NCBI RefSeq assembly: GCF_964213995.1
Contig: NC_135811.1
Coordinates: 77,438,001-77,502,000, forward strand
Reading direction: 5' to 3'
DNA from: Mustelus asterias
Lineage: Eukaryota
DNA: 64,000 bases
Positions within the stretch are counted from its first letter, which is position 1, and each line of letters opens with the position of its first letter. This document shows, one piece after another, positions 1-13,464 of this stretch. The position numbers and the translations under genes are program-made. The notes beneath the pieces are model-generated. The model was not told where the DNA came from, searched no databases, and saw only the letters and a list, made by a program, of their open reading frames with translations.

Positions 1-734
1 ATAAGGAAAAGTTAACATTCACCCCAATAGACTCTGCCGGAGGGGTGGAGAGGGTAAAGGAGAATGAGGCAGGAGACCCAAGAGTTACTGTGTCACCGTG
101 ACCTGAAATGTCTCACAATGATTCAGACAGCGCATTGATCCGTTCGTCATTTAACTTGTTCTAAATGCTCTATTAGGCTAGAGCGAGAAGTTAATCTTCA
201 AGCATCGCGTCTTTATATTAACATTGGTGTCTCTACAAAGAAGCAGGTCTCAATTGATTCAGTTCAAGAGTAGGTGAGCCAATCATGTCATGAATGTTTC
301 CAGAATCAATTCCGATAAGGTTATTGCCCTTGGCTGTGATTGTGGCAGAGGGGTTATAATGGGCCGCGAGGTAAAGCAGGGTAAATTAGTCCGTATTGTA
401 TACAGTTTCTGCTCATTATCCATTGATGCATTTTTGCAGTCTATCTGTGTGTGCTGTGAGGATAGTTCAGGACCAACAACCTCCTGCTGACTAACCAGTC
501 AAGCGCATTCACAATGGCCTCTTTGTGTAATAACAGTCTGCGCAGTGAGCTCCACCATGAATGAATGCCTGTTGGGGAGGAATGAGGGGGGCAGACTTGA
601 AGGGGAGATGGGAAGAAACTCAACAGCCAGTCTGCTATTCGCAGGCCCATTGGTTTTCAGTGGAAGTCAAATTCCATCATTCCATCGAGTAGTTTAGTGA
701 ATACTTAATTACACAGTCAGGACATTACAACCAT

Positions 735-895
735 GTCCTTTATGGAAGGAAATCTGCCATTCTTACTTGGTCTGGCCGACATGTGACTCCAGATCCACAG
801 CAATGTGGTTGACTCTCAACTGCTCTCGGGCAACTAAGGATGGGCAACAAACGGTGGCCAGCCAGCGATGCCCATGTCCCACGAATGAATAAAAC
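735..895 (+). mobile_element. DeuSINE/L2-tail-like SINE fragment (also about 7272-7431, 19400-19563, 44690-44995, 61275-61375)
   Basis: TGGTCTGGCC.ACATGTGACTCCAGA..CACAGCAATGTGGTTGACTCT core with GAATGAATAAAA tail; dispersed copies; absent from the equivalent position upstream of copies 3 and 5. Confidence 0.6.
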
Positions 896-1269
896 AAAAT
901 CACTGAATTTAAATAAACATCCAGGGTTTTTAGTGCAGCTTCCATAAAGGCATTGAATCAATTCACTCCGCACCTTCCCCGCCACATCAAACCCATCATT
1001 CTTCTCCGTTAGAACCAAGTCTAATATTTTAACCCCCAATCAAATTCCGATTAGATTACACTGACTGTGAGCGGAGCAGTTGCCGAGATAAGGTGGTTCC
1101 GCATTTTAGAATCTTAAAACATATGAAATGATTTTTTTTAACGGATTGCTTATCGAAGTCTGGCCAACAAAGGGCAACAGAGGTAAAAGTTTAGGTAGCA
1201 CCTGTCCGATTTTTAATATCAAAGAGTATCTTTGCATCCTAATTTATTGGGGAGAAATTTCATTCTTAA

Positions 1270-1400
1270 TTAAGCAGAAAGTGAAAATGGTTTCAAATGA
1301 AGAAGTCGTTTCTGGAAACAAGTTAAAAGATTCCCTGAAAACACACCGCGGTTAGAAGCAAAATCGATTCGTTTTTGTAACGTCAAAGGAATATCCTGGT
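1270..1400 (+). promoter_or_regulatory. IFN promoter, copy 1: IRF site, GAS-like, ATF/CRE-like and NF-kB-like motifs
   Basis: GAAAGTGAAA 1277-1286; TTCCCTGAA 1331-1339; TAACGTCA 1378-1385; AGGAATATCC 1387-1396. The block is nearly invariant in all five copies. Confidence 0.7.
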
Positions 1401-1551
1401 TCACACCTTCAAATGGACACAATGGATGAATATTCCTTGTAATCCAACAGCGAAGGAGTTCAGCTGGTGTTAATATTGTGTTCGGCACTGAACCCCGATC
1501 CAGTCACTTTCTGTGATTTCTGATCGCTGCTTTACCCTGTGTTGTTTCAAC

Positions 1552-3379
1552 ATGTTTGTTCCGAGTGTTTGCGGGCTGTGGATTTTGTTAATCTGCCTGC
1601 CCGGGATCCTGAGCCAGGACTGCCAGAGGCTGCAGTTACAGCAAGTCCTTAACAAGAATGCTCAAAGGTCCCTGAGGGACATGGTGAGTTTATGCAGAGG
1701 TCCGCGGATTCGAGTAACCAATCTTAACTCGCAGGTTCTCGGGTTAATCTCCTGTCGAGGAATTGCTGAGATTAAATCTGGTCTCTTCCAAAAACGTAGA
1801 ACATCTCCTTGATGGAATGCACATTGAACTATTAAAATATAGAAGGAAGTGTGTGGAAATGTGAAACACTTTTTACTAAGAGTGATTTGTTTGGATGGTC
1901 AGTAAAATATGTGAGAGATAAAATGTTTCAATAAGTTGTTGAATGACCGTGCTGGTTTTGGGGGCAAGTTTCTGAGAGTAAGGACCGCTTGTGAAGTGTG
2001 AGCTTGGAGCCAGTTCTGACAGTCACTCTGTCCTGCTGCAGGGAGGTCCCTTCCCATTCCAGTGTACAGCAACGAGAGAATCACTGAAAACCAAATCCCT
2101 GGACCTGCACCAGCTCATCAAGAGGTTACAGGTGAGTGTGCACTTTGCAACCTGTCTGATCATTCGGTTAATGCTGCCAGGTGTAATAGATATGTGGGGA
2201 ATGTGTACACATCCCCAACAGTAGGAACAATGTAAATGATTTTTAAAGGCAAAGGCTTTATTTTGTTGATTCTCGTAAGACTGAAAATTTAACGTTGAGT
2301 CTTTTGGAAACTGATAGACATTCTGCGGAATAGTTTGACCTTCTTCTCTCCATTTACCCCAAAATGCTGTCAGTACCAGATTTGCTCGCCAAAAGAGGAA
2401 AATACCAGTAACCAGTTTGATAATGATCAAAACTGTCATCAGAAAAGACGGTGTTGACTTTTGAAATTCGTGATTCTTACACTTTTACTGCGTAAACGTG
2501 GAATCAGAGAGATATACAGCACGATAACAGGCCTTTCGGCCCAAATCGTCCATTGCGACCAGGTTTCCTAAACTGAACTGGCCCCATTTGCCTGTGTTTG
2601 GCCCATATCCCTCTAAACCTTTCCTATGCATGTACCTGTCCAAATGACTTTCAAATGTTGTAATAATTCCTGCTTCTGCCACTTCCTCTCATTCCATATA
2701 CGCACCATCCTCTGTGTGAAAAAGTTGCCCCTCAGGTAGCTTTTAAAGCTTTCCCCTCTCCCTTAAATCTATGCCCTCTAGTTTTGGACTCCTGCACACT
2801 TCTCTACTCAATCTGCTATTTCTTGGACCAATGACCCAGTTGATCAAGATCACGTTGTCGTCTTAAATAACCTCCTATTTAAATAATCAGCTAAAGGAGC
2901 AATGTCCTCAATATTGTCGTTGTGTATATTTTGTCCAGACTCAGGACAGGATCCGGATTGTCCACCAAACCCTGCGCCGCATCAACAAGATCTACAGCAT
3001 GAATCTGGGCTCAGTCACATGGGCCCGGGACAAGGTGGAACATTTCCGGCTGCTCCTGGATCGGCAGCTCAGTGAGCTGGAAGAATGTGTCAGGAACCCG
3101 GGATCCAGGCTGAGGAGAAACTCCACCATTCACAATTACTTTAGGAAACTGGAAAAGTTTCTCAAACAGCAGGTGGGACAATGGATAATTGACTGTGTGA
3201 TTACCGGCATGTCGTTTCTTTCACCCCATTGAAATCTGTTCATTCTCTAATCCATGTCCCTCAATGTTTCCATTTCTCAGGGATTCAGTGAGTGTGCCTG
3301 GGAAATAATCCGCGCTGAGACCAGAGGCCGATTACAACAGCTCCTTCTCATAACGGCACAAATCAGCGGAAGCAATTAA
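1552..3379 (+). CDS. Type I interferon, copy 1 (4 exons, 184 aa)
   Basis: Exons 1552-1683, 2042-2131, 2939-3172, 3281-3379, all GT-AG and phase 0. Spliced protein MFVPSVCGLWILLICLPGILSQDCQRLQ...GGPFPFQC...TQDRIRIVHQTLRRINKIYSMNLGSVTW...LEECV...YFRKLEKFLKQQ/GFSECAWEIIRAE...SGSN*. Signal peptide, 4 mature Cys, YF..L..FL and CAWE motifs typical of type I IFN. Confidence 0.95.
2500..2872 (-). mobile_element. CR1-like LINE 3' fragment in IFN intron 2 (also about 9040-9407, 16455-16836, 21153-21532)
   Basis: Minus-strand translation EAGIITTFESHLDRYMHRKGLEGYG matches the CR1 ORF2 C-terminus. Confidence 0.8.
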
Positions 3380-3745
3380 AGAATTTCTATCGATATATTT
3401 ATATGAAGACAAAGAACAGTAATTATTTATTTAAAGATTGTATAATTTTTATCGAAGGATTATATTGTTCAGTCAGCTGCACAAGCCGGTTTGGTTTACC
3501 AGTGTGAGAATGGCCATTGTACAACATAATATCAGAATGAAATAATAATATACCTTTTTAATATTTAATTTATGAGTCTAATATTCATACCTGGATGCAC
3601 TGTGTGAACCTATTTCAAAACTAAAAATATTTGATGAATGCGAGAGGCTGCAAGATATATATTTATTTACAGCAGTTTTATATTGTAATAGACTGTATTT
3701 ATTGGCATCAGATGTGTCCCAAATTACAGTTTCACAATAAATATT
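3380..3745 (+). promoter_or_regulatory. AU-rich 3' UTR (ATTTA elements) and AATAAA of IFN copy 1; equivalents follow copies 2-5
   Basis: Multiple ATTTA/TTATTTATTT runs after the stop; AATAAA at 3736-3741. Typical cytokine mRNA instability elements. Confidence 0.7.
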
Positions 3746-5242
3746 TGAACTTTGAATTTCATGATGTTGTCTTCGTTTACACATTGATGTCGATGTCAGC
3801 TGGGTGTTCCTGTTCATCTTATGTGAGAGATTTCAATCACTGGGTTATGGAGTTTGGGGGGCCCAGTGCTTCCGAATTCATGTCCCACGCCAAGACTCTA
3901 TCTGTTCTGGATGATGTTTATGAGCGGATTCAAATGAATTACTTCCGCACTATTGTCCTAAAGTGTGTGCAGATACGAAATAAGACATCGAAATATGTGT
4001 CTCTTGTTAATAGCTGCAGAATAGAAACTGGTACATTTCGAGAAGTTGCATTTACCTCTTTGAGCACGGGATTAGCTGTGCTATCCTCTGTCAGAACCGA
4101 AATGTATTCAATTGCTGTTCAAATGCACACCCACTGTCAATGAGCACCTGGTGATCTACTCAGGTTATAGACCATTAATGTAAACAGCATCGGAGAAACA
4201 TACTCCATTCTCAATATTTAACCGTTCCTTAACCTGAACGCTTTGATGTTAAATATATTATCAGTTTTCCTCTTTGACTGTGTTGTGTTTGCAATTTTTG
4301 ATTTCTTGAAATCATGTACAAATGCAAACAAATATCTATCGAAAAGATTCCGACTGTTTGCAACTCAGATTTACATCAGGTCATTGTATTTTTTTTCAAC
4401 AATCAAACATTTTGGCTAAATATTACATGGTACAAAATGATTCAATTATTCACAATTCCGAAGTGAACGAAATGGAAATGAACCGGCATTGTTATAGAGA
4501 AAAAGTAATAAAGTCCGCTCAAAGAATCCCCTCAATATATCGAGAAATACAACTATAATCAGAATGTATAATTGACGGTGAAGCTTAGCTTTCCATTCAG
4601 GGTGGCACCACAACACAATCAGCAGATGTTCAGGGGGAAATAAATAGTTTGTTGGCGATCAGTCGTCCAGATGTGACCTTATTGTTTTCGGGGCAATGTG
4701 TCTCCTGATAGCGTAACGCTTCCATTTGGTAGGAAGGGGTTTCCACTGGGAATTCATCTCAATGCCCTGTCTACACATTGATGATCATCTCTTAGCAAGA
4801 AATTGCATAGTGCAAAGATTTTGCGATATCCAATGAAACACTGACCATTAATGAGCACAAAGTGTACCTTTCCACTTATTGGTTAACAAGAATGAAAGTG
4901 CATACCGTCATCTGCATTATTTCTCGAATTTCCCTCCAGTGCGAAGTTGCTTTGCGGCACTGTGTCTTTTTGGAGCACTTACAACTATGCATATCATTAA
5001 AGTATTATCATTTTGTATAAAATTGTATACTATTTCATATACATATAGTGAAGAGAAAAATCAGCGTTGCCCACATTATTGTCATTTCTCACCATCCTTT
5101 TGGCCATCGGGGATTTTCCAATGCATGTTGCATTTCACCCCATCATCGACACAACAATGTAGGCTATGTTTTTGAAAGGCATTTGCCATATGAAGTTGAG
5201 AATGGTGGTCGATAGTCAAACAACCAACGAGATACGGTGCTC

Positions 5243-6281
5243 CACCATCATCCCAATTACTCATCTCCAAACTCCGTGGCCTGGGCCTCAGCTCCTCCCT
5301 CTGCGACTGCATCCTGAACATCCTTACTCACAATCAGTAAGGAAAGGCAACATCGCCTCCTCCACGACCATCCTCAACACCGGTGCCCCACGAGGCTGTG
5401 TTCTCAGCCCCCTACTATACCTGTTATACATCGATGACCGTGTGGCCAAATTCGCCTCCAACTCGATTTTCAAGTTTGCTGTTGACGCCATGATAATAGG
5501 TCGGACCTCAAACAATGATGAGATGGAGTACCGAAAGGAGATAGAGAATCTGGCGAACTGGTGTGACAACAATAATCTCTCACTCAATGTCGACTAAACA
5601 ATCGGGATAGTCATCGACTTCAGGAAATGTAGTGGAAGACATGCCCCTGTTTACATCAGTGGGGATGAACTAGAAATGGTTGAGAGCTTCACGTTTTTAG
5701 GTGTCCAGCCCACCTGCTGACACTATAGTTCAGAAAGCCCACCAATGCCTCTACCTTCTGAAAAGACGAAGGAAATTTGGTATGTCCACTACAACTCTCA
5801 CCAACCTTTACAGATGCACCCTAGAAAGCATTCTTTCTGGTTGTGTCACAGCTTGGTATGGCTCCTGCTCCATCCAAGATTGCAGGAAATTACAAAGTCT
5901 CCTGAACGAATGCCAGTCCATCACTCAAACCAGCCCCCCATCCATTGACACTGTCTACACTTCCCGCAGCCTCGGAAAAGCAGCCAGCATAATTAAGGAC
6001 CCCATACATGCCAGAAATACGCTCTACTACCTTGTTCTGTCGGGAAATGATACAAAAATCTGAGGACACGTACCAACAAACTCAAGAACATTTCCCTGCT
6101 ACCATCAGACTTTTGAATGGACCTACCTCATATTAAGTTGATCATTCTCTACACCCTAGCTATGACTGTAACACTCTCTCCATTGCTTATATATGAACGG
6201 TATGCTTTGTCTATATAGCGAGCAAGAAACAATATTTTTCACGGTATACCAATACACGTGACCATAAATCAAATCAAAATC
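5243..6281 (+). mobile_element. Rex1/Babar-like LINE, 5'-truncated and decayed
   Basis: RT motifs NTGAPRGCVLSPLLYLLY and KFAVDA; C-terminal KAHQCLYLLKRRRKFG...TNLYRCTLESILSGCVTAWYG; (AAATC)n tail. Confidence 0.85.
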
Positions 6282-7806
6282 ACCGGTGCAGCAGGCATGG
6301 CAGTGCGAAATAGAGGGTTGCAATTGTTGCCACTTTCAGCCAGAAATGCCAAGTAATGAGGTGTTTTGCCTCCGCCGGCTTCAGCTGGACTTGCCGATCG
6401 CATCTCTCAAAACTCTATCCTGGTTTGGAACGCATTCCGGCCCTGTTCCTATACTTCTCTCAATATCTAAGCAGCTGCAAGTTTGGAAGTGACCTTCGTT
6501 CTTCACTACTTGATGGCGAGGAAAAAAAGACAGGAAGTATCAGGAAAAGTTAACATTCACCCCAGTAGACCCTGCCGGAGGGGTGGAGAGGGTAAAGGAG
6601 AATGAGGCAGGAGACCCAAGAGTTACTGTGTCACCGTGACCTGAAATGTCTCACAATGATTCAGACAGCGCATTGATCCGTTCGTCATTTAACTTGTTCT
6701 AAATGCTCTATTAGGCTCGAGCTAGAAGTTAATCTTCAAGCATCGCGTCTTTATATTAACATTGGTGTCTCTACAAAGAAGCAGGTCTCAATTGATTAAG
6801 TTCATGAGTAGGTGAGCCAATCATGTCATGAATGTTTCCAGAATCAATTCCGATAAGGTTATTGCCCTTGGCTGTGATTGTGGCAGAAGGGTTATAATGG
6901 GCCGCGAGGTAAAGCAGAGTAAATTAGTCCGTATTGTATCCAGTTTCTGCTCATTATCCATTGATGCATTTTTGCAGTCGATCTGTGTGTGCTGTGAGGA
7001 TAGTTCAGGACCAACAACCTCCTGCTGACTAACCAGTCAAGCGCATTCACAATGGCCTCTTTGTGAAATAACAGTCTGCGCAGTTAGCTCCACCATGAAT
7101 GAATGTCTGTTGGGGAGGAATGAGGGGGACAGACTTTAAGGGGAGATGGGAACAAACTCAACAGCCAGTCTGCTATTGGCAGGCCCATTGGTTTTCAGTG
7201 GAAGTCAAATTCCATCACTCCATCGAGTTGTTTAGTGAATACTTAATTACAGAGTCAGGACATTACAACCATGTCCTTTATGGAAGGAAATCTGCCATTC
7301 TTACTTGGTCTGGCCGACATGTGACTCCAGATCCAGAGCAATGTGGTTGACTCTCAACTGCTCTCGGGCAACTAAAGATGGCAACAAACGCTGGCCAGCC
7401 GCCGATGCCCATGTCCCACGAATGAATAAAACAAAATCACTGAGTTTAAATAAACATCCAGGATTTTTAGTGCAGCTTCCATAAAGGCATTGAATCAATT
7501 CACTCCGCACCTTCCCCGCCACATCAAACCCATCATTCTTCTCTGTTAGAATCCAGACTAATATTTTAACCCCCGATCCAATTCCGGACAGTTTACACTG
7601 ACTGTGAGCGTAGCAGTTGCCGAGATAAGGTGGTTCCGCATTTTAGAATCTTAAAACATATGAAATGATTTTTTTTAACGGATTGCTTATCTAAGTCTGG
7701 CCAACAAAGGGCAACAGAGGTAAAAGTTTGGGTAGCATCTGTCCGATTTTTAATATCAAAGAGTATCTTTGCATCCTAATTTATTGGAGAGAAATTTCAT
7801 TCTTAA

Positions 7807-7937
7807 TTAAGCAGAAAGTGAAAAAGGTTTCAAATGAAGAAGTCGTTTCTGGAAACAAGTTAAAAGATTCCCTGAAAACACACCGCGGTTAGAAGCAAAA
7901 TCGATTCATTTTTGTAACGTCAAAGGAATATCCTGGT
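7807..7937 (+). promoter_or_regulatory. IFN promoter block, copy 2
   Basis: GAAAGTGAAA at 7814-7823 plus the same downstream motifs. Confidence 0.7.
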
Positions 7938-8088
7938 TCACACCTTCAAATGGACACAATGGATGAATATTCCTTTCAATCCAACAGCGAAGGAGTTCAG
8001 CTGGTGTTAATATTGTGTTCGGCACTGAACCCCGATCCAGTCACTTTCTGCGATTTCTGATCGCTGCTTTACCCTGTGTTGTTTCAAC

Positions 8089-9913
8089 ATGTTTATTCCG
8101 AGTGTTTGCGGGCTGTGGATTTTGTTAATCTGCCTGCCCGGGATCCTGAGCCAGGATTGCCAGAGGCTGCAGTTACAGCAAATCCTTAACAAGAATGCTC
8201 AAAGGTCCCTGAGGGACATGGTGAGTTTATGCAGAGGTCCGCGGTTTCGAGTAACCAATCTTAACTCGCAGGTTCTCGGGATAATCTCCTGTCGAGGAAT
8301 TGCTGAGGTTAAATCTGGTCTCTTCCAAAAACGTAGAACATCTCCTTGATAGAATACACATTGAGCTATTAAAATATAGAAGGAAGTGTGTGGAAGTGTG
8401 AAACAGTTTTTACTAAGCGTGATTTATTTGGATGGTCAGTAAAATATGTGAGAGATAAAATGCTTCAACAAGTTGTTGAATGACCGTGTTGGTTTTGGGG
8501 GCAAGTTTCTGAGAGTAAGGACTGCTTGTGAAGTGTGAGCTTGGAGCCGGTTCTGACATCATTCTGTCCTGTTACAGGGAGGTCCCTTCCCATTCCAGTG
8601 TACAGCAACGAGAGAGTCACTGAAAACCAAATCCCTGGACCTGCACCAGCTCATCAAGAGGTTACAGGTGAGTGTGCAATTTGTAACCTGTCTGATCATT
8701 CTGTTAATGCTACCAGGTATAATAGATATGTGGGGACTGTATACACACCCCCAACAGTAGGAACAATGTAAATGATTTTTAAAGGCAAAGGGTTTATTTT
8801 GTTGATTCTCGTAAGACTGAAAATTTAATGTTGAGTGTTTTGGAAACTGACAGACATTCTGCGGAATATTTTGACCATCCTCGCTCAATTTACCCCAAAA
8901 TGCTGTCAGTATCAGATTTACTCGCCAAAAGAGGAAAATACCAGTAACCAGTTTGATAATGATCAAAATTGTCACACAGAAAAGACGGTGTTGTCTTTTG
9001 AAATTCGAGCTTCTTGTACTTTTACTGCGTAAACGTGGAATCAGAGAGATATACAGCACGGAAACAGGCCCTTCGGCCCAAATCGTCCATTGCGACCAGG
9101 TTTCCTAAACTGAACTGGCCCCATTTGGCTGTGTTTGGCTCATTTCCCTCTAAACCATTCCTATGCATGTACCTGTCCAAATGTCTTTCAAATGTAATAA
9201 ATCCTGCTTCTGCCACCTCCTCGCATTCCATATACGCACCATCCTCTTTGTGAAAAAGTTGCCCCTCAGGTAGCTTTTAAAGCTTTCCCCTCTCCCTTAA
9301 ATCTATGCCCTCTAGTTTTGGACTCCTGTACACTTCTCCACTCAATCTGCTATTCCTTGGACCAATGACCCAGTTGATCAAGATCACGTTGTCGTCTTAA
9401 ATAACCTTCTATTTAAATAATCAGCTAAAGGAGAAATGTCCTCAATAATGTCGTTGTGTATATTTTGTCCAGACTCAGGACAGGATCCAGATTGTCCTCC
9501 AAACCCTGCGCCACATCAACAAGATCTACAGCATGAATCTGGGCTCAGTCACATGGTCCCGGGATAAGGTGGAACATTTCCGGCTGCTCCTGGATCGGCA
9601 GCTCAGTGAGCTGGAAGAATGTGTCAGGAACCCGGGATCCAGGCTGAGGAGAAACTCCGCCATTCACAATTACTTTAGGAAACTGGAAAAGTTTCTCAAA
9701 CAGCAGGTGGGAAAATGGATAATTGATTGTGTGATTACCGGCATGTAATTTCTTTCACCCCATTGAAATCTGTTCATTTTCTAATCCATGTCCCTCAATG
9801 TTTCCATTTCTCAGGGATTCAGTGAGTGTGCCTGGGAAATAATCCGCACGGAGACCAGAGGCCGATTACAACAGCTCCTTCTCATAACGGCACAAATCAG
9901 CGGAAGCAATTAA
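8089..9913 (+). CDS. Type I interferon, copy 2 (4 exons, 184 aa)
   Basis: Exons 8089-8220, 8578-8667, 9473-9706, 9815-9913; GT-AG, phase 0, open frame, CAWEIIRTE. Confidence 0.95.
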
Positions 9914-11194
9914 ATAATTTCTATCGATATATTTAATGAAGACTGGGGAACAGTGATTATTTATTTAAAGATTGTATAATTTTTATCGAAGGATTATATT
10001 GTTCAGTCAGCTGCACAAGCCGGTTTACCAGTGTGGGAATGGCCATTGTACAACATAATATCTGAATGAAATAATAATATAACTTTTTAATATTTAATTT
10101 ATGAGTCTAATATTTATACCTGGATGCACTGTGTGACCATATTTCAAATCTAAAAGTATTTGATGAATGCGAGAGAGGCTGCAAGATATATATTTATTGA
10201 CACCAGTTTTATATTGTAATAGACTGTATTTATTGGAATCAAATGTGTCCCAAATTGCAGTTTCACAATAAATATTTTAAACTTTGAATTTCATGATGTT
10301 CTCTTCGTTTCCACACTGATGTCGATGTCGGCTGGGTGTGTTTCTGTTCATCTTGTGTGAGAGATTAAAGTCATTGTGTTATGGAGGTTGTGCGGATCAG
10401 TACACAGCACCAAATCCCCTGAGCCAGAACTTCCGAATTCAAGTCCCACGCCAAGACTGTGTCGGTTCTGGAAGCGATGTTTATGAGCGGATTCAAATGA
10501 ATTACTACCGCACTATTGCCCCAAAGGGGAAATAAGTGTGTGCAGATACGAAACAAAACATCGAAATGTGTGTCTCTTGTTAATAGCTACAGAAACTGGT
10601 ACATTTCCAGAAGTTGCATATTCTTATTTGAGGCCAGGGTTAGCTGTGCTGTCCTCTGTCAGATCCGCAATGCATTCAATTGATGTTCAAATGCACTATT
10701 AAGGTGTTGATCTATTCAGGTTAAAGACCATTAGTGTAAACAGCATAGTAGAAACATATTCCATTCTCAATATTTAACTGTTTCTTAACCTGGACACTTT
10801 GATGATAAATACATTGTCAGTTTTCTTGTTTGAGTGTGTGATCTGTTTGCAATGTTTGATTTCTTGAAATCATGTATAAAGACAAACAAATATCTATTGA
10901 AGAGATTCCGACTGTTCACAACTGAGATTACATCGGGTCATTGTATTTTTTTCAAGAATCAAACATTTTGGCTTAATATTACATGATACAAAATGATTCA
11001 ATTATTCGCAACACCGAAGCCAACTAAATGGAAATATAACGGCATTGTTATCGAGAAAAGGTCACAAAGTCAGATCAAATAAATGCCTCATATCGAGAAT
11101 TGCAAGTAGAATCGGAATAGCTGATAGTTACTGACTGAAGCTTAGCTTTCCATTCAGTGTGGCACTGTAACACAATCAGCAGATTGTGTTACAG

Positions 11195-11740
11195 TGCCAC
11201 GCCTCTACTTTCTCACAAGACTAAAGAAATTTGGCATGTCAGCTACGAGTCTCACCAACTTTTACAGATGCATCATAGAAAGCATTCTTTCTGGTTGTAT
11301 CGCAGCTTGGTATGGCTCTTGCTCTACCCAAGACCGCAAGGAACTACAAAAGGTCGTGAATGTAGCCCAATCCATCACACATACCAGCTTCCCATCCATT
11401 GACTCTGTCTACACCTCCCGCTGCCTCGGAAAAGCAGCCAGCGTAATCAAGGACCCCACGCACCCCACTTATTCTCTCTTCCACCTTCTTCCCTTGGGAA
11501 AAAGATACAAAAATCAACCGGCTCAAGAATAGCTACTTCACTGCTCCCTGTCAGACTTTTGAATAGACTTACGTTGTATTAAGTTGATCTTTCTCTGCAC
11601 CCTAGCTATGACTGTAACACTACATTCTGCACTCTCTCGTTTCCTTCTCGATGAATGGTATGCCTTGTCTGTATAGCGCGCAAGAAACAATACTTATCTC
11701 TGTATGTTAATATATGTGACAATAATAAATCAAATCAAAA
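11195..11740 (+). mobile_element. Rex1/Babar-like LINE 3' fragment
   Basis: RLYFLTRLKKFGMSATSLTNFYRCIIESILSGCIAAWYG; AATAAATCAAATCAAA tail; site empty in the other units. Confidence 0.85.
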
Positions 11741-12560
11741 GATGTTCAGGGGGAACTAAATGGTTTGTTGCCAATCAGTCGTCCAGATGTGACCTGATTG
11801 TTTTCGGGGGAACGTATCTCCTGATAACGTAACGCTTCCATTTGGGGAGGAAGGTGTTTCCACTGGGAATTCATCTCAATCCCCAGTCTACACATTGATG
11901 ATCATCTCTGAGCAAGAAATGGCATTGTACAAAGATTTTGTGATATCCAATGAAACGCTGAGCATTAATGAGCACAAAAGATGCCTTTCCACTTATTGGT
12001 TAACAAGAATGAAAGTGCAAAACTGTCATCTGCATTAATTCTCGAATTTCCCTCCAGTGCGAGATTGTTTTGCGGCACTGTGTCTTTTTGGAGCAATTAC
12101 AACTATGCGTAACACCAAAGCAATATCATTTTTTTAAAATTGCATACAATTTTATATACATGCATGAAGAGAAAAATCTGCGTTGCCCACATTATTGACA
12201 TTTCTCACCATATTTTTGGCCATCAGGGATTTACCACTGCATGATGCATTTCACCCCATCATCGACACAACAATGTAGGGTATGTTTTTTGAAAGGCATT
12301 TGTCCTCTGCCGTCGAGAATGGCGGTGGATAGATGAACAATCAATGGAGTGCGGTGCTCCACAAACATTCCCAATGCTCAACGGTGCAGCAAGCATGGCA
12401 GAGCGAAATAGAGGGTTGAAACTTTTACCACTTTCAGCCAGAAATGCCAAGTACATGAACCGTTTTGACCATAGCTGGCTTCATCTGGACTTGCTGATCG
12501 CATCTCTCTACACTCTTTCTAGTTTGGAATCAGTTACCGCCCTGTTCTTATATTTTTCTC

Positions 12561-12695
12561 GATGTGGAGTTGCCAGCGTTGGACAGGGATAGGCACAATA
12601 AGTAGTTTCACCTGATGAAGGCGCAACCCTCCGAAAGCTCGTGCTACCAAATAAACCTGTTGGACTTTAACCTGGTGTTGTGAGACTACTTACTG
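12561..12695 (+). mobile_element. Penelope-like pLTR fragment with inverted 5' piece and hammerhead motif
   Basis: 10-bp TSD TATTTTTCTC (12551-12560 and 12696-12705); contains CTGATGA...CCGAAAGCTC and the AATAAACCTGTTGGACTTTAACCTGGTGTTG tail. Confidence 0.8.
12609..12643 (+). ncRNA. Minimal type I hammerhead ribozyme motif (Penelope-associated; stem II degraded)
   Basis: CAC-CTGATGA-aggcgcaaccctcc-GAAA-GC-TC-GTG: conserved core, stem I CAC/GTG, palindromic AGCT stem III. Confidence 0.65.
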
Positions 12696-13464
12696 TATTT
12701 TTCTCAATATCTAAGCAGCTACAAGTTTGGAAGTGAAATTCGTTCCTCACTATTTGATGGCGAGGAAAGAAAGATAGGAAATATCAGGAAAAGTTAACAT
12801 CCACCCAATAGATCCTGCCGGAGGAGTGGAGAGGGTAAAGGCGAATCAGGCAGGAGACCCAAGCGTTACTGTGTCACCGTGACCTGAAATCACCCAAAGT
12901 AATTCAATGAGAGAGTAACATTGATCCTCTAGTCGTTTAACTTATTCTAAATGTTGAATGAGGCTAGAGTTAGATGTCAAACTTCAGTCGTGGTGCCTTT
13001 ATATTAATATTGGGTTATCTACAAAGAAAAAAGTCTCAGCTGATTAAGTTGGTGAGTAGCTGAGCCAATCATGTCAGGAATGTTTCCAGAACTCCAGTAG
13101 GATTAGTGCTCGAGGCTGTGATTGTGGATGAGGTGTGAAAATCGGCTGTGAGGTAAAGAGCGGTAAATTACCCAGTATTGCGCCCAGTTTCTGCTCATTA
13201 TCCATTGGTGCATTTTAACAGTCAGTGTGTGAGGATATTACAGGACCCACAATCTTCTGCACACTAACTAGTCACGCACATTCACAATGGACTCTGTTTT
13301 TTCAATAACAGTCTAAGAAGTTAGCTCCACCATAAATGGATGTCTGTTGGGGTGGAATAAAGGGGACAGACTTTAAGGGGAGATGGGAGCGAACTCAACG
13401 CCCAGTCCCCGATTGGCAGGCCCATTGGTTTTCAATGGAAGTCAAATTCCATGATTCTATCGAC

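Noticed and set aside
290-490. ORF MNVSRINSDK... repeated at 6828-7028
   Set aside because: Recurs only because the spacer is duplicated; the frame is not kept in units 3 and 5; no recognisable domain.
1513-1812. 99-aa single-exon reading of IFN exon 1
   Set aside because: Starts at a non-ATG codon and reads through the GTGAGT donor into intron 1; the true start is ATG 1552.
3631-4143. 170-aa ORF downstream of copy 1
   Set aside because: Overlaps the AU-rich 3' UTR and is broken by indels in the other units.
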